A stretch of 64,000 bases of DNA from Syntrophorhabdaceae bacterium (GTDB lineage Bacteria > Desulfobacterota > Syntrophorhabdia > Syntrophorhabdales > Syntrophorhabdaceae), in NCBI GenBank assembly GCA_963665295.1, contig OY762209.1:1248001-1312000 (forward strand). The letters run 5' to 3'. The notes under the pieces were generated by a model that was not told the DNA's origin, did no database searches, and saw only the letters and a program-made list of their open reading frames with translations. Every line of letters begins with the position of its first letter. Positions within the stretch are counted from its first letter, which is position 1. The position numbers and the translations under genes are program-made. Shown piece after piece: positions 28,359 to 39,200 of this stretch.

Positions 28359-29180
28359 ATGAAAGACGAATATCTTGCCACGGGCTTTGCGGACGTGGAC
28401 GGGCGGGACGACGCCGCCCCCTACGCACGCTGCCTCGACCTCCTTGATTCCCTGCCCTATTACCGGGACTGCAAGGAGCGAAGTTACGAGCTTCTTAAGC
28501 TTGGTCCCGGCGAGCACGTGCTGGAAGTGGGCTCAGGGCTTGGTGATGACGCGGTGCGCATGGCCCGGAGGGTCGCGCCGGGGGGCATGGTGGTCGGGGT
28601 GGACCCGAGCGCACGAATGGTCGAGGGGGCGCGGGAACGGGCCCCGGGGGACCTGTCCGTCGCATTCTGTCGCGCCGATGCCCGGGATCTCCCTTTTCGG
28701 GACGGACGGTTTACCCGGGCGAGGGTCGACAGGACCCTCCAGCATATCAGGGACCCGGAAGAGACCCTCCGCGAGATGGCGAGGGTCGTCGCGCCCGGAG
28801 GGATCCTCGTCGCCTACGACAACGACTGGGGGACGTTTGCGGTGAGCGGGAGAAGCGTGGAGATCACCGCGATTGTGGAGACCCTCTGGAAAGATTCCTT
28901 TACCAGCCCGCGGATAGGCAGGTTCCTCACGGGGTATTTTGCCCGGGTGGGGCTTGGAAGCATTGCGGCGTATCCGTCGGTTTCGGTCATCACCGACCTG
29001 GATCTCGCGGACCGGGTCTACAACCTTCGGCAGACGGTGAAACACGCAGTGGAGGCGAGGCTCATCACGCCCGTTGCCGGGACCGGATGGCTCTCGGAAT
29101 TGGAAGCAGAAAGCCGGGAAGGCCGTTTCTTCTGCACCCTCACCGCCTTCACCGTGGTGGGCACGAAACCGGCGCGATGA
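28359..29180 (+). CDS. Class I SAM-dependent methyltransferase
   Basis: VLEVGSGLG, GVDPS, DARDLPF and RTLQH motifs. Confidence 0.88.
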   Translation: MKDEYLATGFADVDGRDDAAPYARCLDLLDSLPYYRDCKERSYELLKLGPGEHVLEVGSGLGDDAVRMARRVAPGGMVVGVDPSARMVEGARERAPGDLSVAFCRADARDLPFRDGRFTRARVDRTLQHIRDPEETLREMARVVAPGGILVAYDNDWGTFAVSGRSVEITAIVETLWKDSFTSPRIGRFLTGYFARVGLGSIAAYPSVSVITDLDLADRVYNLRQTVKHAVEARLITPVAGTGWLSELEAESREGRFFCTLTAFTVVGTKPAR

Positions 29181-29294
29181 GGCCCCGCCCCTTCCTGTTC
29201 CGGCCGGTCGAGATTGACTCTTTGTACCGGTTGTAGTATACATAGGGACGGGTGAAAAGGCCCGATGAGATCAGGAGGAGGAACTTTCCCGATA

Positions 29295-29945
29295 ATGGAT
29301 GTAGTCAAGGCTTTCATCAATTTCTTCATGCATATAGACGTGCATCTGAGCACGGTGATCGCCGCGTACGGCGTATGGACCTACCTGATCCTCTTTCTCG
29401 TGATTTTCTGCGAGACCGGGCTTGTGGTGACCCCTCTTTTGCCGGGGGACTCCCTTCTCTTCGCTGCCGGGGCTTTTGCGGCCAAGGGCGCCCTCGATGT
29501 GGCGTGGCTCTTCGCGCTCCTCTCCGTTGCCGCGGTTCTCGGGGATACGGCGAATTACTGGCTCGGGTGCTGCGTGGGCCCGAAGGTTTTCAGTGGGGAA
29601 CGTATCCGGTTCCTGAACCGGGAGTACCTGGAGCGGACCCACAATTTTTACGAAAGATACGGGGGCAAAACCATCGTCATCGCCCGGTTTGTGCCCATCA
29701 TCCGGACCTTCGCGCCTTTTGTCGCGGGCATAGGGAGCATGACCTACTGGCGTTTCATCAGCTATAACATCGTGGGGGGCGTGGCCTGGATCGCGGTCTG
29801 TCTCTTTGCGGGTTTCTTCTTCGGCAACCTGAGGGTGGTGAAGGAGAACTTCTCCCTCGTGATCTTTGCCATAATATTCATCTCCATCTTGCCCGGCATC
29901 ATCGAGTTTCTGCGCCAGCGGTTCAAAGCATCCCAGGCATTATGA
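29295..29945 (+). CDS. dedA: DedA family membrane protein
   Basis: FCETGLVVTPLLPGDSLLF and ARFVPIIRTFAPFVAG. Confidence 0.92.
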   Translation: MDVVKAFINFFMHIDVHLSTVIAAYGVWTYLILFLVIFCETGLVVTPLLPGDSLLFAAGAFAAKGALDVAWLFALLSVAAVLGDTANYWLGCCVGPKVFSGERIRFLNREYLERTHNFYERYGGKTIVIARFVPIIRTFAPFVAGIGSMTYWRFISYNIVGGVAWIAVCLFAGFFFGNLRVVKENFSLVIFAIIFISILPGIIEFLRQRFKASQAL

Positions 29946-30430
29946 GATTTTCCGTCGAAGGGGCACGGGTCCTTGTACCCGCCCTCCTTCTTGCGAGCCT
30001 GATTTTGATGGTGTTTCCCCTCGCAGGCAGGCGCGCCTCCGGTTCCCCGTCGCCCACAGTGGTCTTCTATGAAAACGGCCGTCCGGGACCGTGCTCGTTT
30101 AAAGTGGAGGTTGCATCCACACCGGAGGAACAGACCCGCGGTCTCATGTTTGTGAAACATCTCGACCCGGAACGGGGTATGCTCTTTGTGTTCGGGAAGG
30201 ACGAGATGCGCTCCTTCTGGATGCGGAATACCCTCATCCCCCTCGATATGATCTTCATTACCTCCGCCCGCAAGGTCGTCCATGTCCACCACGGCGCAAT
30301 CCCCTTGGACGAGACGCCCATAAGCTCGCGGGCCGGGGCCCGGTACGTTCTGGAAGTGAATGGGGGCAAGGCGGACATGTGCCGCATCAAAACAGGCACG
30401 AAGGTAAAGTTTACTAATCTCTCACCGTAA
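29942..30430 (+). CDS. DUF192 domain protein
   Basis: VEVA...RGLMF, GMLFVF, FWMRNTLIPLDMIF and YVLEVNGG. Confidence 0.9.
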   Translation: MRFSVEGARVLVPALLLASLILMVFPLAGRRASGSPSPTVVFYENGRPGPCSFKVEVASTPEEQTRGLMFVKHLDPERGMLFVFGKDEMRSFWMRNTLIPLDMIFITSARKVVHVHHGAIPLDETPISSRAGARYVLEVNGGKADMCRIKTGTKVKFTNLSP

Positions 30431-32567
30431 AGGATACCTCGTCGAGGACGGTCATGGCCTCGTCCACGAGTTTCAGGGTGTGGGTACCCGCAGTGGGACT
30501 CCACGGGCAGAGGTCGCCCCTGCCGATAACCTCGTTGTCTACCATCCATGCAACCTTTCTGGCCGGCGCCGTCGCCTCGAAGAAGACCTTTTGCCGGGGC
30601 AGGGGTATGTCGGGGTCGAGGGCGATTACGAGGTTTCCCGGCGGATAGAGGATTTTCGTCCGCGCCCGTGAAGGTGTCGCGGTCCTGACTTGTTGGGGCT
30701 CCGTGCCTTTGATAAACCACTCTTCCCGCCCTGTCCCGTCGCGTCCCCCCGTAGGGGCCGCGACCGCGACTCCCCCGGGGACCTCCGGCGGCCTGGAAGG
30801 GGTTGACCGGTGGAGATAATTCATGATTTCATGCCACAGGGGCGCCGCGCCGGAAACGCCGGAGACGTTCCACATGGAGCTGCCCGAGAAGTTGCCGATC
30901 CAGACGCCCACCGTATAATCCCGGGAATACCCCAGGCACCAGTTATCCCGCATGTCCTTGCTCGTCCCTGTCTTCGCCGCGGCCCAGAACCGGGTGGCGA
31001 GGGGGTTTTCGTAGCCGAAGGTGAGGCTTCTCGCTTCCCTGTCCGAAAGTATGTCCGATACGATAAATGCGGATTCCCTTGAGAACACCCTCCCGCCTTT
31101 GCCATGGGCCTTCCGGGGAAGGAGCGTGAGGTCGCCCCTGATCCCGCCGTTGGCCAGGGTCCTGTAGGCGTTCGTCAGTTCGTAGAGGCTCACGTCAAGG
31201 GTCCCCAGGGCCAGGGAGAAGCTGTAATACTCCCCGTCTCTCAGGCCGGAAAACCCGAGGTCCCGAAGCTTGGTCACGAACTCCTCGGCCCCCGTAAGCA
31301 TGAGGGCCCTCACTGCGGGAACGTTGAGGGAAGACGCGAGGGCGGTCCGGGCGGCCACGGGCCCCTTGAAAGAATGGTCGTAGTTTTCCGGCTTGTAGAT
31401 GCCCCGTTCCGTCGGTATCTCGAGGGATGAATCGTCGATGAGGGATGCGGCGGTGAGCGTGTGGGCGTCGAAGGCGAGGGCGTAGAGGAAGGGCTTGAGG
31501 GTCGAGCCCGCCTGCCGTTTCGCCCGGATGCCGTCGACCCAGAAGGCCGAGGACTGGGCGCCCCCGTTGCCCACGTAAGCCCGTATTTCCCCGGTCCTGT
31601 TTTCGACCACGAGTATGGCCCCGTCCGTCACGTTTTCGCGCTTAAGCGCTCCCAGTTGGGCCCGGAGGAGCCCGGCGGCAAAGGCCTGGAGATCGCCGTC
31701 CAGGGTGCACCGGGCCTCCTTGCGGTTTTCGTTCAGGAGGTAAAAGGCTGCATGGGGCGCGAGGGCCACATGGGCTTTGAGGGCGTAAGGTTTAAGGAGT
31801 GTCTCCCTGAGACGGGCGGCGAGATCTGCCTTGCCTATGCCGGTCTTGAGGGTGCCGTCGAGGGCGGCCGCCCTCTCTGTGACCTTCTCCACCGGGGCGT
31901 TGGGTGAACGGATAAGGACGGCGAGTATGAGGGATTCGAGGCAATCGAGGCCGCTCGGCTCCTTGCCGAAAAGACCCCTCGATGCCGCCGCGATGCCCCT
32001 CAACTCCCCCCGGAAGCCGACGAGGTTGAGGTAGGCCTCCAAGATCTCGCGCTTCGACCAGCGTCCCTCGATGGCGGCGGCGGCCCTGATCTGACGCGCC
32101 TTCTCGCGCCAACTCCTGCGTCCCGACCGCGCGGCGAGCTTCCTGTCGATCACGGAGGCAAGCTGCATGGTGATGGTGCTCGCGCCCCTCTTTTCGCGAA
32201 AAAAGGCGTTGCCCAGGACTGCGGAGAAAAAGGCAAGGGTGTCAACGCCCTGATGGGCAAAGAACCTCCTGTCCTCGGACCTCACGACTGCGGTCACGAG
32301 GACGGGCGAAACGTCAACGAGGGGGACCCAGTCGAGGCTCCTTCCCTTGAGGTCAACGCGCATCTCATGGATGACCACCCCGTTCCTGTCCCTCAGGATG
32401 GCGTCGGATGCGCGATATGCCTCCTTCACCTCAGGGAAGGAAGGAATCCTTACGGGTCCCGGCGCAAGATAGATGAGACCCGTGACAACGGCCGCGGCAG
32501 CCAGAAAGATAAGGCCGCCGCCTCCAATGAAGAAGAGGCGTCTTCTATTTGATCTCAAAGGTCCCAT
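30414..32567 (-). CDS. pbpC: Penicillin-binding protein 1C
   Basis: EDRRF, GASTITMQL, GSTLKP, SLN and KTGT motifs; directly downstream of the alpha-2-macroglobulin gene. Confidence 0.92.
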   Translation of the reverse strand: MGPLRSNRRRLFFIGGGGLIFLAAAAVVTGLIYLAPGPVRIPSFPEVKEAYRASDAILRDRNGVVIHEMRVDLKGRSLDWVPLVDVSPVLVTAVVRSEDRRFFAHQGVDTLAFFSAVLGNAFFREKRGASTITMQLASVIDRKLAARSGRRSWREKARQIRAAAAIEGRWSKREILEAYLNLVGFRGELRGIAAASRGLFGKEPSGLDCLESLILAVLIRSPNAPVEKVTERAAALDGTLKTGIGKADLAARLRETLLKPYALKAHVALAPHAAFYLLNENRKEARCTLDGDLQAFAAGLLRAQLGALKRENVTDGAILVVENRTGEIRAYVGNGGAQSSAFWVDGIRAKRQAGSTLKPFLYALAFDAHTLTAASLIDDSSLEIPTERGIYKPENYDHSFKGPVAARTALASSLNVPAVRALMLTGAEEFVTKLRDLGFSGLRDGEYYSFSLALGTLDVSLYELTNAYRTLANGGIRGDLTLLPRKAHGKGGRVFSRESAFIVSDILSDREARSLTFGYENPLATRFWAAAKTGTSKDMRDNWCLGYSRDYTVGVWIGNFSGSSMWNVSGVSGAAPLWHEIMNYLHRSTPSRPPEVPGGVAVAAPTGGRDGTGREEWFIKGTEPQQVRTATPSRARTKILYPPGNLVIALDPDIPLPRQKVFFEATAPARKVAWMVDNEVIGRGDLCPWSPTAGTHTLKLVDEAMTVLDEVSFTVRD

Positions 32568-35500
32568 TCGGCAGTTCTCCGAACATTTCCGGCGCGTAAA
32601 GCGCCTCTATCCGGGTCGGGGGCACGAGGAACGCGCCCGGGTTGTTGAGCCGCATGGTGTATTCGATGGTCCATTTCCCCTTGGGCACATATTCATAGTA
32701 GGCTCTGAACGCTTCGAAGGAGCGCTCTTCGTGGACGGGCCGCACCCAGCCTTTCTGCTTCTCCCCCGAGGTGAGTATGGCGGAGTCCCTGCCGAGACCG
32801 CTTCCCAGGATGGCGGCGCCCGCGGGAATGGGGTCCGAAAGGGCAACCCATGTCATGTCCGACCGCGCTTCGCCTTCGATTTTCACCCGTACCACATCAC
32901 CCACGCTCCATCCGCCCCCCTCCTTCCGGGTTACGGGGGTCATGCTTTTCCTGATGATGTAACCGCCGGAAAAGGCCTTTGTCCGCAAAACGGCGGCAAG
33001 GCTCTCCACCGTGACCCAGGGTTTCCCTGTTCCCTCATGGGTAAGGCTGAGGGCCCCCGCGCCTTTCGGCCACCCGAAAGAGATGGCGCCTCCTGCCTGG
33101 TGGTCGTCCCATTTGAATGTCTTTTTATCCCCCGAAAGGCCGACGGCCGTGGTGCCCGATACTGAGGCGGCCTCGAAGGCGGCGCCGAATTTCCTGAGGG
33201 CGAGCCTGCCCCACGCGTTGGCGACCGTGGTGTCCCACCGGCCCCGTTGCTGCCTGCCCATGGCCCCCTTCATGATGCGGGGTACGTCTTCGCGCCACGA
33301 GGGATTCCCGAGAAGGGTGAGGACGGTCCTCACGCTGTTCACATCACCCCCGGTCATGAGCCACCAGAGGTTGTCCGTCTTTTCCGTGGAGAATCCCATA
33401 ACCGTGCCCTGGAAATTGAGGCGGGACCGCAAGGACTCCTCCGCGGCGCGGAGTTTCTTCTCCCGGTCAGGCACGGTCTTTACCTTTGTGAGTATCTGTA
33501 TCCAATCCAGCACGGCGGACGTGGGCCACAGGTTCGGATCGATTGTGATGGACCCGAGAAGCTTCGGTTCCGCCTTGCCCCTTGCTGCGAGGGCCGCGAG
33601 GGCCGCGAGTTTCCGTATGGTGAGGTCGGCGGTGGGAAGGGGCTGGGGCCGCGAGAGCTTCCCTTGGACAAACGCGGTGAGCCCTTCCTCCATGCGGGTT
33701 GCCCTGCCGTCCGGTATCTCCCATCCCGCCTCGGCCGCCACGCTGAGCACGTAGGCGGTCAATACTTCGCTCCCCGAGGTCTGCTGGGGAAAATACCTCA
33801 GAAGCCCGTCGTTATCGAGATACGAGGGAATGCGGGCCATGACCGCGGCCCACATCGCCTTGTCCTCCAGGGCGATTGTCCGCGACACCTGCTGTTCGAG
33901 GCAGGTGAAGGGGTAGGCGCTCATATACTCCGTGATGCCGCTTACGCTGCCCGAGAGCTTTGGCCGGAGCGTCACCCTTACGCCTCCTTTCCCGGCTACC
34001 GCCCCCTTGGGCGCCTCCACGCCGAGGGAGAGTTTCCCGTCAAGCTGGGCAAGGGTCGCCTGCATGATCCTGACAGGGGCGTAGGGGGCGACTTTCTGGG
34101 TCACTTTCAAGGCATCCCGCTCACTCCCGCCTTTTGCCGTTGCCCTTACGTCCCAGGTAAGGCTCCCGGCGTCCGTGGGGACCGTTACGTCCCAGCCGAT
34201 CTCCTTTGCCTCTCCCGGGGCGATCTCTTCGGTGAGGGCGGTGAGGGCGGTCTTCCTCTTCCCTGTGTCAAAGGCCGCGTCTATCTCCACGGCAAGGGAT
34301 GCGTGCGTCGTGTTCCTCACGAGGAACCCGGCCCTGAACCGGTCGCCGGCGCGCACCAGTGCGGGCAGCCCCGAGGTAAGCATGAGGTCCTGGGTCGTTT
34401 GGATTCCCGCCTGACCCGTGCCGAACAGGTCTTTTCCTGCTGTAGCCACCGCGGCGATGGTGAAGCCCGTAAGGGAGTCGGACAGGGGTATGACCACCGA
34501 CGCCTCCCCAAATTCGTCGAGGGGCACTGCCCCGTTCCAGAAGAGGAGGGTATCGAAAAGCTCCCTGGTGGTTTGTCTGCCTCCTCCGCCTCCCCCGGGC
34601 ACGGCCTTGAGGCCGAAGTGACGTTTGCCCACCACCTGCATCTGGGCGGTGGCGGTACGCACCCCGTATCCGCGCTTCTGCATCATCTTTTCGAGAAGGG
34701 ACCAACTCCGGTTCGGCATAAGTTCGAGAAGCCCTTCATCCACCGCGGCGACGGCCACCTCCGCGCCATGGGGCAGGGGTTTGCCGCTCACAGTCACTAC
34801 CTTGATCTTTACCATTGCCTTGTCGCGGACCCGGTAGACCTTCTTCTCCGGTGATACGGTTACCTTGAGTTCATGGGCGGCCCAGCCTACGGAAATGCCC
34901 GTGATCCCGAGCTTATAGGACGGCCTGCCGAGATCGACAAGGGCCGTGGGTTTCTTGTCCGTTACCCTCCCCCTGAGACAGAGGGCGGAAACGAAGACAT
35001 TCGGCGCGTAGGACCCCTTGACGGGCAGGGTGATGACGGGGTTCTTTCCTGTAAGGCGTTTTACCTCCGCTTCGAGCACCCCTTCACGCTCCACGGTAAC
35101 GAGGACCGTGGCCTCCCTCATGGGCATTCTCACCTGGAACGAGGCGGTTTCACCCGGCTCGTACCGCTTCTTTTCGGGTATGACGTCGATCCGGTCACTC
35201 GCGCCCTGGTCGAACCACCACTCGTCCTTACCCGGCACCCAGACCGTGTCGTGGGTCACCGACGGGTTACCCGCGGAGTCAACAGCCTTTGCCTCCACGA
35301 TCACGCTCCCCGATACGGGGGACTTCACCTCGCACCGCACGACGCCTTCCTTATCGGCCACGCCTTCACACGCGGGACCGATGCGTTTCACCTCTTTCAC
35401 CCCCTGGTACGAGTAGAACCCGCCTACGAGCCGCGTCCTGTGGGAGTAATGGGTTTCTCTCAGGAGATCCGCCTTGACGGCGGTCCCCGGAAGGGGCTTG

Positions 35501-38247
35501 CCGTTGAGATCGAGGGCCAGGAGCTTGACCTTGATCACGCCTTCCGTTCCGGTTACCTCTGCTTCCACCCCTGTGAGCACCGAGGACGGCCAGAGGGGCG
35601 TCCTCCGGGACACGGTCTGTATTTCACCGTTAGGGTCCCTGAATTCGAGTTCCGTAAGGAGTTCCCTCGGTCCGGCCCAGAGGGAAATGCCCCGTATCGC
35701 CGCCCTCGCCATACCTCCCGCGCCGAGCTTCAGATCGATTGAAGGAAGGTTTTTGCCCTGGGTTCCCTGGTCGGAGGACGGGGAAGCGCCGGCTTCCTCC
35801 CCTTCCCCCATGTCCGTTTCCTGACTTCTTTTCCGTGTTTCAATACCTTCCTTAACGGCGCCTGAGGCGATGGTGAAGGTATCGTAATCGTTGAATGAAA
35901 CCTGCTTCGGCTGTGTTCTGGAAAGGAGTTTCGCAGGCAGGTTCGTCGCCCCTCCGCCCGAGAGGTATTCGACGAGAACGTCCATTTCCACCTCTTTCGC
36001 GTTAACGAGGGGAAGGGAAAGAGGCTTCAGGGTTGCCTTCATGAGGGGTACCCGGAATTCTTCAACCCTGAATTCTCCCGAAATGTACTCCCCTTCTCCG
36101 GATTGGGGCTGCTCCTTCTTCACGAGGCGCACCGTATAGCGTCCGAGCTTCGCCTCCCTGGGGATGGTCCATGACGTGAGGGCAGTCCCCTTCTTTGCGT
36201 CGAAGGTGAGGGGGAGTTCATATTTGTCTTCCTGGCCCGCGAGCTCGATCCTTACCACGTCAGGGAGGTTGTGGGCAGGAATAGCGAACCCGGACATGGT
36301 CTTCTTTCTGAAGATATGTTTCATATGGACCGTCTCGCCTGCCCTGAAAAGGGTCCTGTCGAAGATCGTGTGGGCCGTTGCCTCCGGCCCGCCCTCATCT
36401 CCAGGAAGCTTGAACCGGTAAGGCTCTATGCCCTCGTCCCAGCTCGAATGGACGAAGGTCATGTCGTCGGTGGTCCGGGCGAAAACAAAAAGGCCCGAGT
36501 ACATGGAGGCGAGGGGGCGAGCCTGCTCGGAGTCGTAGTAGGCGTCCTCGTCGCTCTGCCTTTTGCATTCCGGGAGCGTGTCCCGTGGGGGAAGTTTTTT
36601 CCCCACGTACGCGATGCCCCTTTTGTCGGTGACGCCCTGCCACAGGGCCTCACCGTTGCAATCCCTGACAGCTACCTGGGCGCCTTCCACCGGTTCCGCC
36701 CTGTCGAGGGTGGTCACCCAGACGAGTGAGGACTCACGACCCCACTTGAAGTGGGCCGAGAGGTTCGTGACGAGGGCCGCGGTGGGCACGTACATGGGCT
36801 TCCGGGCGCCCAGAAGGGCGGAGCCCAACAGTTCGCTCTTCAGTTCCACCACATAGAGCCCCTGCTTGTCGAGGGGTATACCGATCACCTCGGTGGCGCG
36901 GTCGGCCCCCGGCTTCGGCAGGCTCAGGCTTCGGGAGGAGGTGTCCCCTCGAAAGAGGGACCTCGACCTGCCTACGCCCGCCACCTTGCCCAGCCATTCG
37001 ATAATCTCCCGATCCGATTTGGCCTCATGCACCTTGCCGGTCACCCGTTCCGACACGGGAACGTCCTTCCCCACATCGAGCACCTTCCCCTGCACCAGGG
37101 CCCCGACGCTCCTCACCGTGACGGGAAGGACCGGGTCGGCCTTCTCGATAATGCCGAAACGGGAGGCGAACTTTGCGAGAGGCGGGAAGGGTCCCGTCTT
37201 TACGGTGAAGGGGAACATACCCGCGTTGGACAGGGGTCTCCCTGCGTCGTCCTTCAGGGTGCGCGGCACATTGAGGACCATGGCGGCCTTTTCAGGAAAG
37301 GGGCCCTTGAACTGTATGGACGATACCGACTCCTGCTCCTCCCTTTCAAAGGAAGACGCATATACCTTGTTCCTGCCTTTGAGGGTGACCTTTTCCGCCT
37401 GCTTTTTCGACACGGGGGCCGAAAAGGAGAGGGTCACAGGGAGCAGCCCTATGCAGTCCGCCTTCGGTTTTTCCCGGCTGCACTGGAGTTTCGCGGTAAA
37501 AGGGGGTCTTGTCTTGAAAGAAAATACCTGGTCCCGGGCAACGGCGACGCCCCCGGGCCCGCTTATCCCCTTTCCCCACCGGAAGGTGACTGCGGCATTG
37601 CCGGGAAATACCCTCTTGCACTGCACGAGATAGAGGTCCTCCGCGGTTCTCTCAGGTCCGAGCCAATACTCGCTCTTGAGGGCGGCGAGGAGGGCGTCCC
37701 GCTCCGGCCCCTTCACGATGCGCACGCCCACGCGCTCCTTGGTATCTTCCATGAAGCACGAGGCGTTCCGGGCAATAGACTCCTCGGTCGCTTCCCCGGT
37801 GAGCTTGAGGGCCAGTATCTGGTCCTCCGCTATCCGTTCCGAGCCTTCCTCGGGGTATATGTCCTTCACCTGGGGGCCTCCGGTGGAAAAGACAAAAGAC
37901 TTCAAGCCCGTAACCGCCTTCCCCTGGAGGGTCTTCACGCTCTTTTTCAAGGTAAACCGGCACTTGAGCCCTGCTTTCAGGTCCTTGTCGAAGTCATAAA
38001 CCCAATTCTTGCCGTCCGCCCACCTGCCTTTGCCCGGTGCTGCGCAACTGATGTCGAAGGGGTCCTGAAGCTCGGGAGACCCGAAAGAGACCATCTGGTC
38101 GGAGAACCTTACCGTTGCCTGCCGTACGCCTGCCGCGTCCCCCTGGGGACTGAACCTCTCGATGGAGGCCCCCCACGCCCCGGGCACTACGACAAGAAAC
38201 ATCACGGCGATCCACAGGATGCGCTGAAAAGATACTCTTTTATTCAT
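32545..38247 (-). CDS. Bacterial alpha-2-macroglobulin
   Basis: About 1900 aa; DRTLFRAGETVH, VEEFRVP, AVDEG, thioester YPFTCLEQ, EALYAPE. Start reassigned to MNKRVSF. Confidence 0.92.
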   Translation of the reverse strand: MNKRVSFQRILWIAVMFLVVVPGAWGASIERFSPQGDAAGVRQATVRFSDQMVSFGSPELQDPFDISCAAPGKGRWADGKNWVYDFDKDLKAGLKCRFTLKKSVKTLQGKAVTGLKSFVFSTGGPQVKDIYPEEGSERIAEDQILALKLTGEATEESIARNASCFMEDTKERVGVRIVKGPERDALLAALKSEYWLGPERTAEDLYLVQCKRVFPGNAAVTFRWGKGISGPGGVAVARDQVFSFKTRPPFTAKLQCSREKPKADCIGLLPVTLSFSAPVSKKQAEKVTLKGRNKVYASSFEREEQESVSSIQFKGPFPEKAAMVLNVPRTLKDDAGRPLSNAGMFPFTVKTGPFPPLAKFASRFGIIEKADPVLPVTVRSVGALVQGKVLDVGKDVPVSERVTGKVHEAKSDREIIEWLGKVAGVGRSRSLFRGDTSSRSLSLPKPGADRATEVIGIPLDKQGLYVVELKSELLGSALLGARKPMYVPTAALVTNLSAHFKWGRESSLVWVTTLDRAEPVEGAQVAVRDCNGEALWQGVTDKRGIAYVGKKLPPRDTLPECKRQSDEDAYYDSEQARPLASMYSGLFVFARTTDDMTFVHSSWDEGIEPYRFKLPGDEGGPEATAHTIFDRTLFRAGETVHMKHIFRKKTMSGFAIPAHNLPDVVRIELAGQEDKYELPLTFDAKKGTALTSWTIPREAKLGRYTVRLVKKEQPQSGEGEYISGEFRVEEFRVPLMKATLKPLSLPLVNAKEVEMDVLVEYLSGGGATNLPAKLLSRTQPKQVSFNDYDTFTIASGAVKEGIETRKRSQETDMGEGEEAGASPSSDQGTQGKNLPSIDLKLGAGGMARAAIRGISLWAGPRELLTELEFRDPNGEIQTVSRRTPLWPSSVLTGVEAEVTGTEGVIKVKLLALDLNGKPLPGTAVKADLLRETHYSHRTRLVGGFYSYQGVKEVKRIGPACEGVADKEGVVRCEVKSPVSGSVIVEAKAVDSAGNPSVTHDTVWVPGKDEWWFDQGASDRIDVIPEKKRYEPGETASFQVRMPMREATVLVTVEREGVLEAEVKRLTGKNPVITLPVKGSYAPNVFVSALCLRGRVTDKKPTALVDLGRPSYKLGITGISVGWAAHELKVTVSPEKKVYRVRDKAMVKIKVVTVSGKPLPHGAEVAVAAVDEGLLELMPNRSWSLLEKMMQKRGYGVRTATAQMQVVGKRHFGLKAVPGGGGGGRQTTRELFDTLLFWNGAVPLDEFGEASVVIPLSDSLTGFTIAAVATAGKDLFGTGQAGIQTTQDLMLTSGLPALVRAGDRFRAGFLVRNTTHASLAVEIDAAFDTGKRKTALTALTEEIAPGEAKEIGWDVTVPTDAGSLTWDVRATAKGGSERDALKVTQKVAPYAPVRIMQATLAQLDGKLSLGVEAPKGAVAGKGGVRVTLRPKLSGSVSGITEYMSAYPFTCLEQQVSRTIALEDKAMWAAVMARIPSYLDNDGLLRYFPQQTSGSEVLTAYVLSVAAEAGWEIPDGRATRMEEGLTAFVQGKLSRPQPLPTADLTIRKLAALAALAARGKAEPKLLGSITIDPNLWPTSAVLDWIQILTKVKTVPDREKKLRAAEESLRSRLNFQGTVMGFSTEKTDNLWWLMTGGDVNSVRTVLTLLGNPSWREDVPRIMKGAMGRQQRGRWDTTVANAWGRLALRKFGAAFEAASVSGTTAVGLSGDKKTFKWDDHQAGGAISFGWPKGAGALSLTHEGTGKPWVTVESLAAVLRTKAFSGGYIIRKSMTPVTRKEGGGWSVGDVVRVKIEGEARSDMTWVALSDPIPAGAAILGSGLGRDSAILTSGEKQKGWVRPVHEERSFEAFRAYYEYVPKGKWTIEYTMRLNNPGAFLVPPTRIEALYAPEMFGELPNGTFEIK

Positions 38248-38507
38248 GGTCCCCCCCATTCGACAGGTTTCCGCCCCGGCCCGGGCGCATTTACCCACAT
38301 AATAGTGCATACCACGGTTTTTTTAAAGGCAAAAAAAGGCCGCGGGGCGGTCATATTCTGTGGGGATCGTCTGGTATATCCGTATCCCCGGCTCCGGGAC
38401 TGCGGGGGGCAATGGAATTATCGTCCGGGGTTGTCCGGCATATCGAAAGCGACATTCGGGGAAGCAAACTCTATGTTTGTGCCATCCATGACGCAACTCT
38501 GAACGGC

Positions 38508-39200
38508 CTACTTGGTGGTATCTGCGGTATAACCCTTCGGGCATTCAAATAGGCGCATTTGCAGATCCCCGTGTCCGTTGCGTTTCGCGACGCCGTGAAA
38601 TGAGTTCTCTTCGACATCTTCGTTTCCCCACTGATGCCATCCGGGACGAGGGAATCTCGCAAAGAGTTCAAGGTACGGCCCGGGCGAACATTTCTCAACA
38701 AGGTCATAAATTTCATCGGGTTTTCTTGAATGCTCCCGCTTCCTGCTGGCGAGGAGGTTGACTTGCGTCCGGCCGGGTTGCAGTGTCCTTATCGAGCCAC
38801 GAATACCGAAAAGAATAAGCTCGGTAACGTTGCGAAAATAGAAACCCACGCCCCTCCCGTCAGGGCCACCGTCTTTGCGAACCTTAGACCAAACGAGGTT
38901 GGTCTTGTAGGTGAACCCCCAACTGCGCATGACTTCAAGGCCTTCCTGAAGCAACGCATTCGGTACCCACAGGTAGAGATGAGCTCTTGTTGCGGCGAGT
39001 CTGTCTATTGGTAATTGTTTTATTTCTTCAAGATTCATAGTGGGATATCTGAGCAGGCGTCTGTGCTCGGGGGCCACTTTTCCTGTCCGGTTTTGGAACT
39101 GCCAGGGAGGGTCGGCTAGGATAGTAGAGTACGGCCCCTCTGCCTTCGACAGCAGGTCCTCAGAAGGGGTTGTCCCCGCAATATTGATAACCTTCGTCAT
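38508..39200 (-). CDS. MT-A70 family amino (likely N6-adenine) methyltransferase
   Basis: ILADPPW, YPTM, HLYLW, WGFTYKT, GFYFRNVTE, HSRKP and LELFAR. Start at 39200 overlaps the upstream stop. Confidence 0.92.
   Translation of the reverse strand: MTKVINIAGTTPSEDLLSKAEGPYSTILADPPWQFQNRTGKVAPEHRRLLRYPTMNLEEIKQLPIDRLAATRAHLYLWVPNALLQEGLEVMRSWGFTYKTNLVWSKVRKDGGPDGRGVGFYFRNVTELILFGIRGSIRTLQPGRTQVNLLASRKREHSRKPDEIYDLVEKCSPGPYLELFARFPRPGWHQWGNEDVEENSFHGVAKRNGHGDLQMRLFECPKGYTADTTK

Noticed and set aside
30414..38247. Alpha-2-macroglobulin plus pbpC as a novel system
   Set aside because: This is a well-known conserved gene pair, and the CLEQ thioester motif is canonical.
33247..38502. Long plus-strand ORFs of 535 and 583 aa
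   Set aside because: Antisense shadows of the alpha-2-macroglobulin gene.
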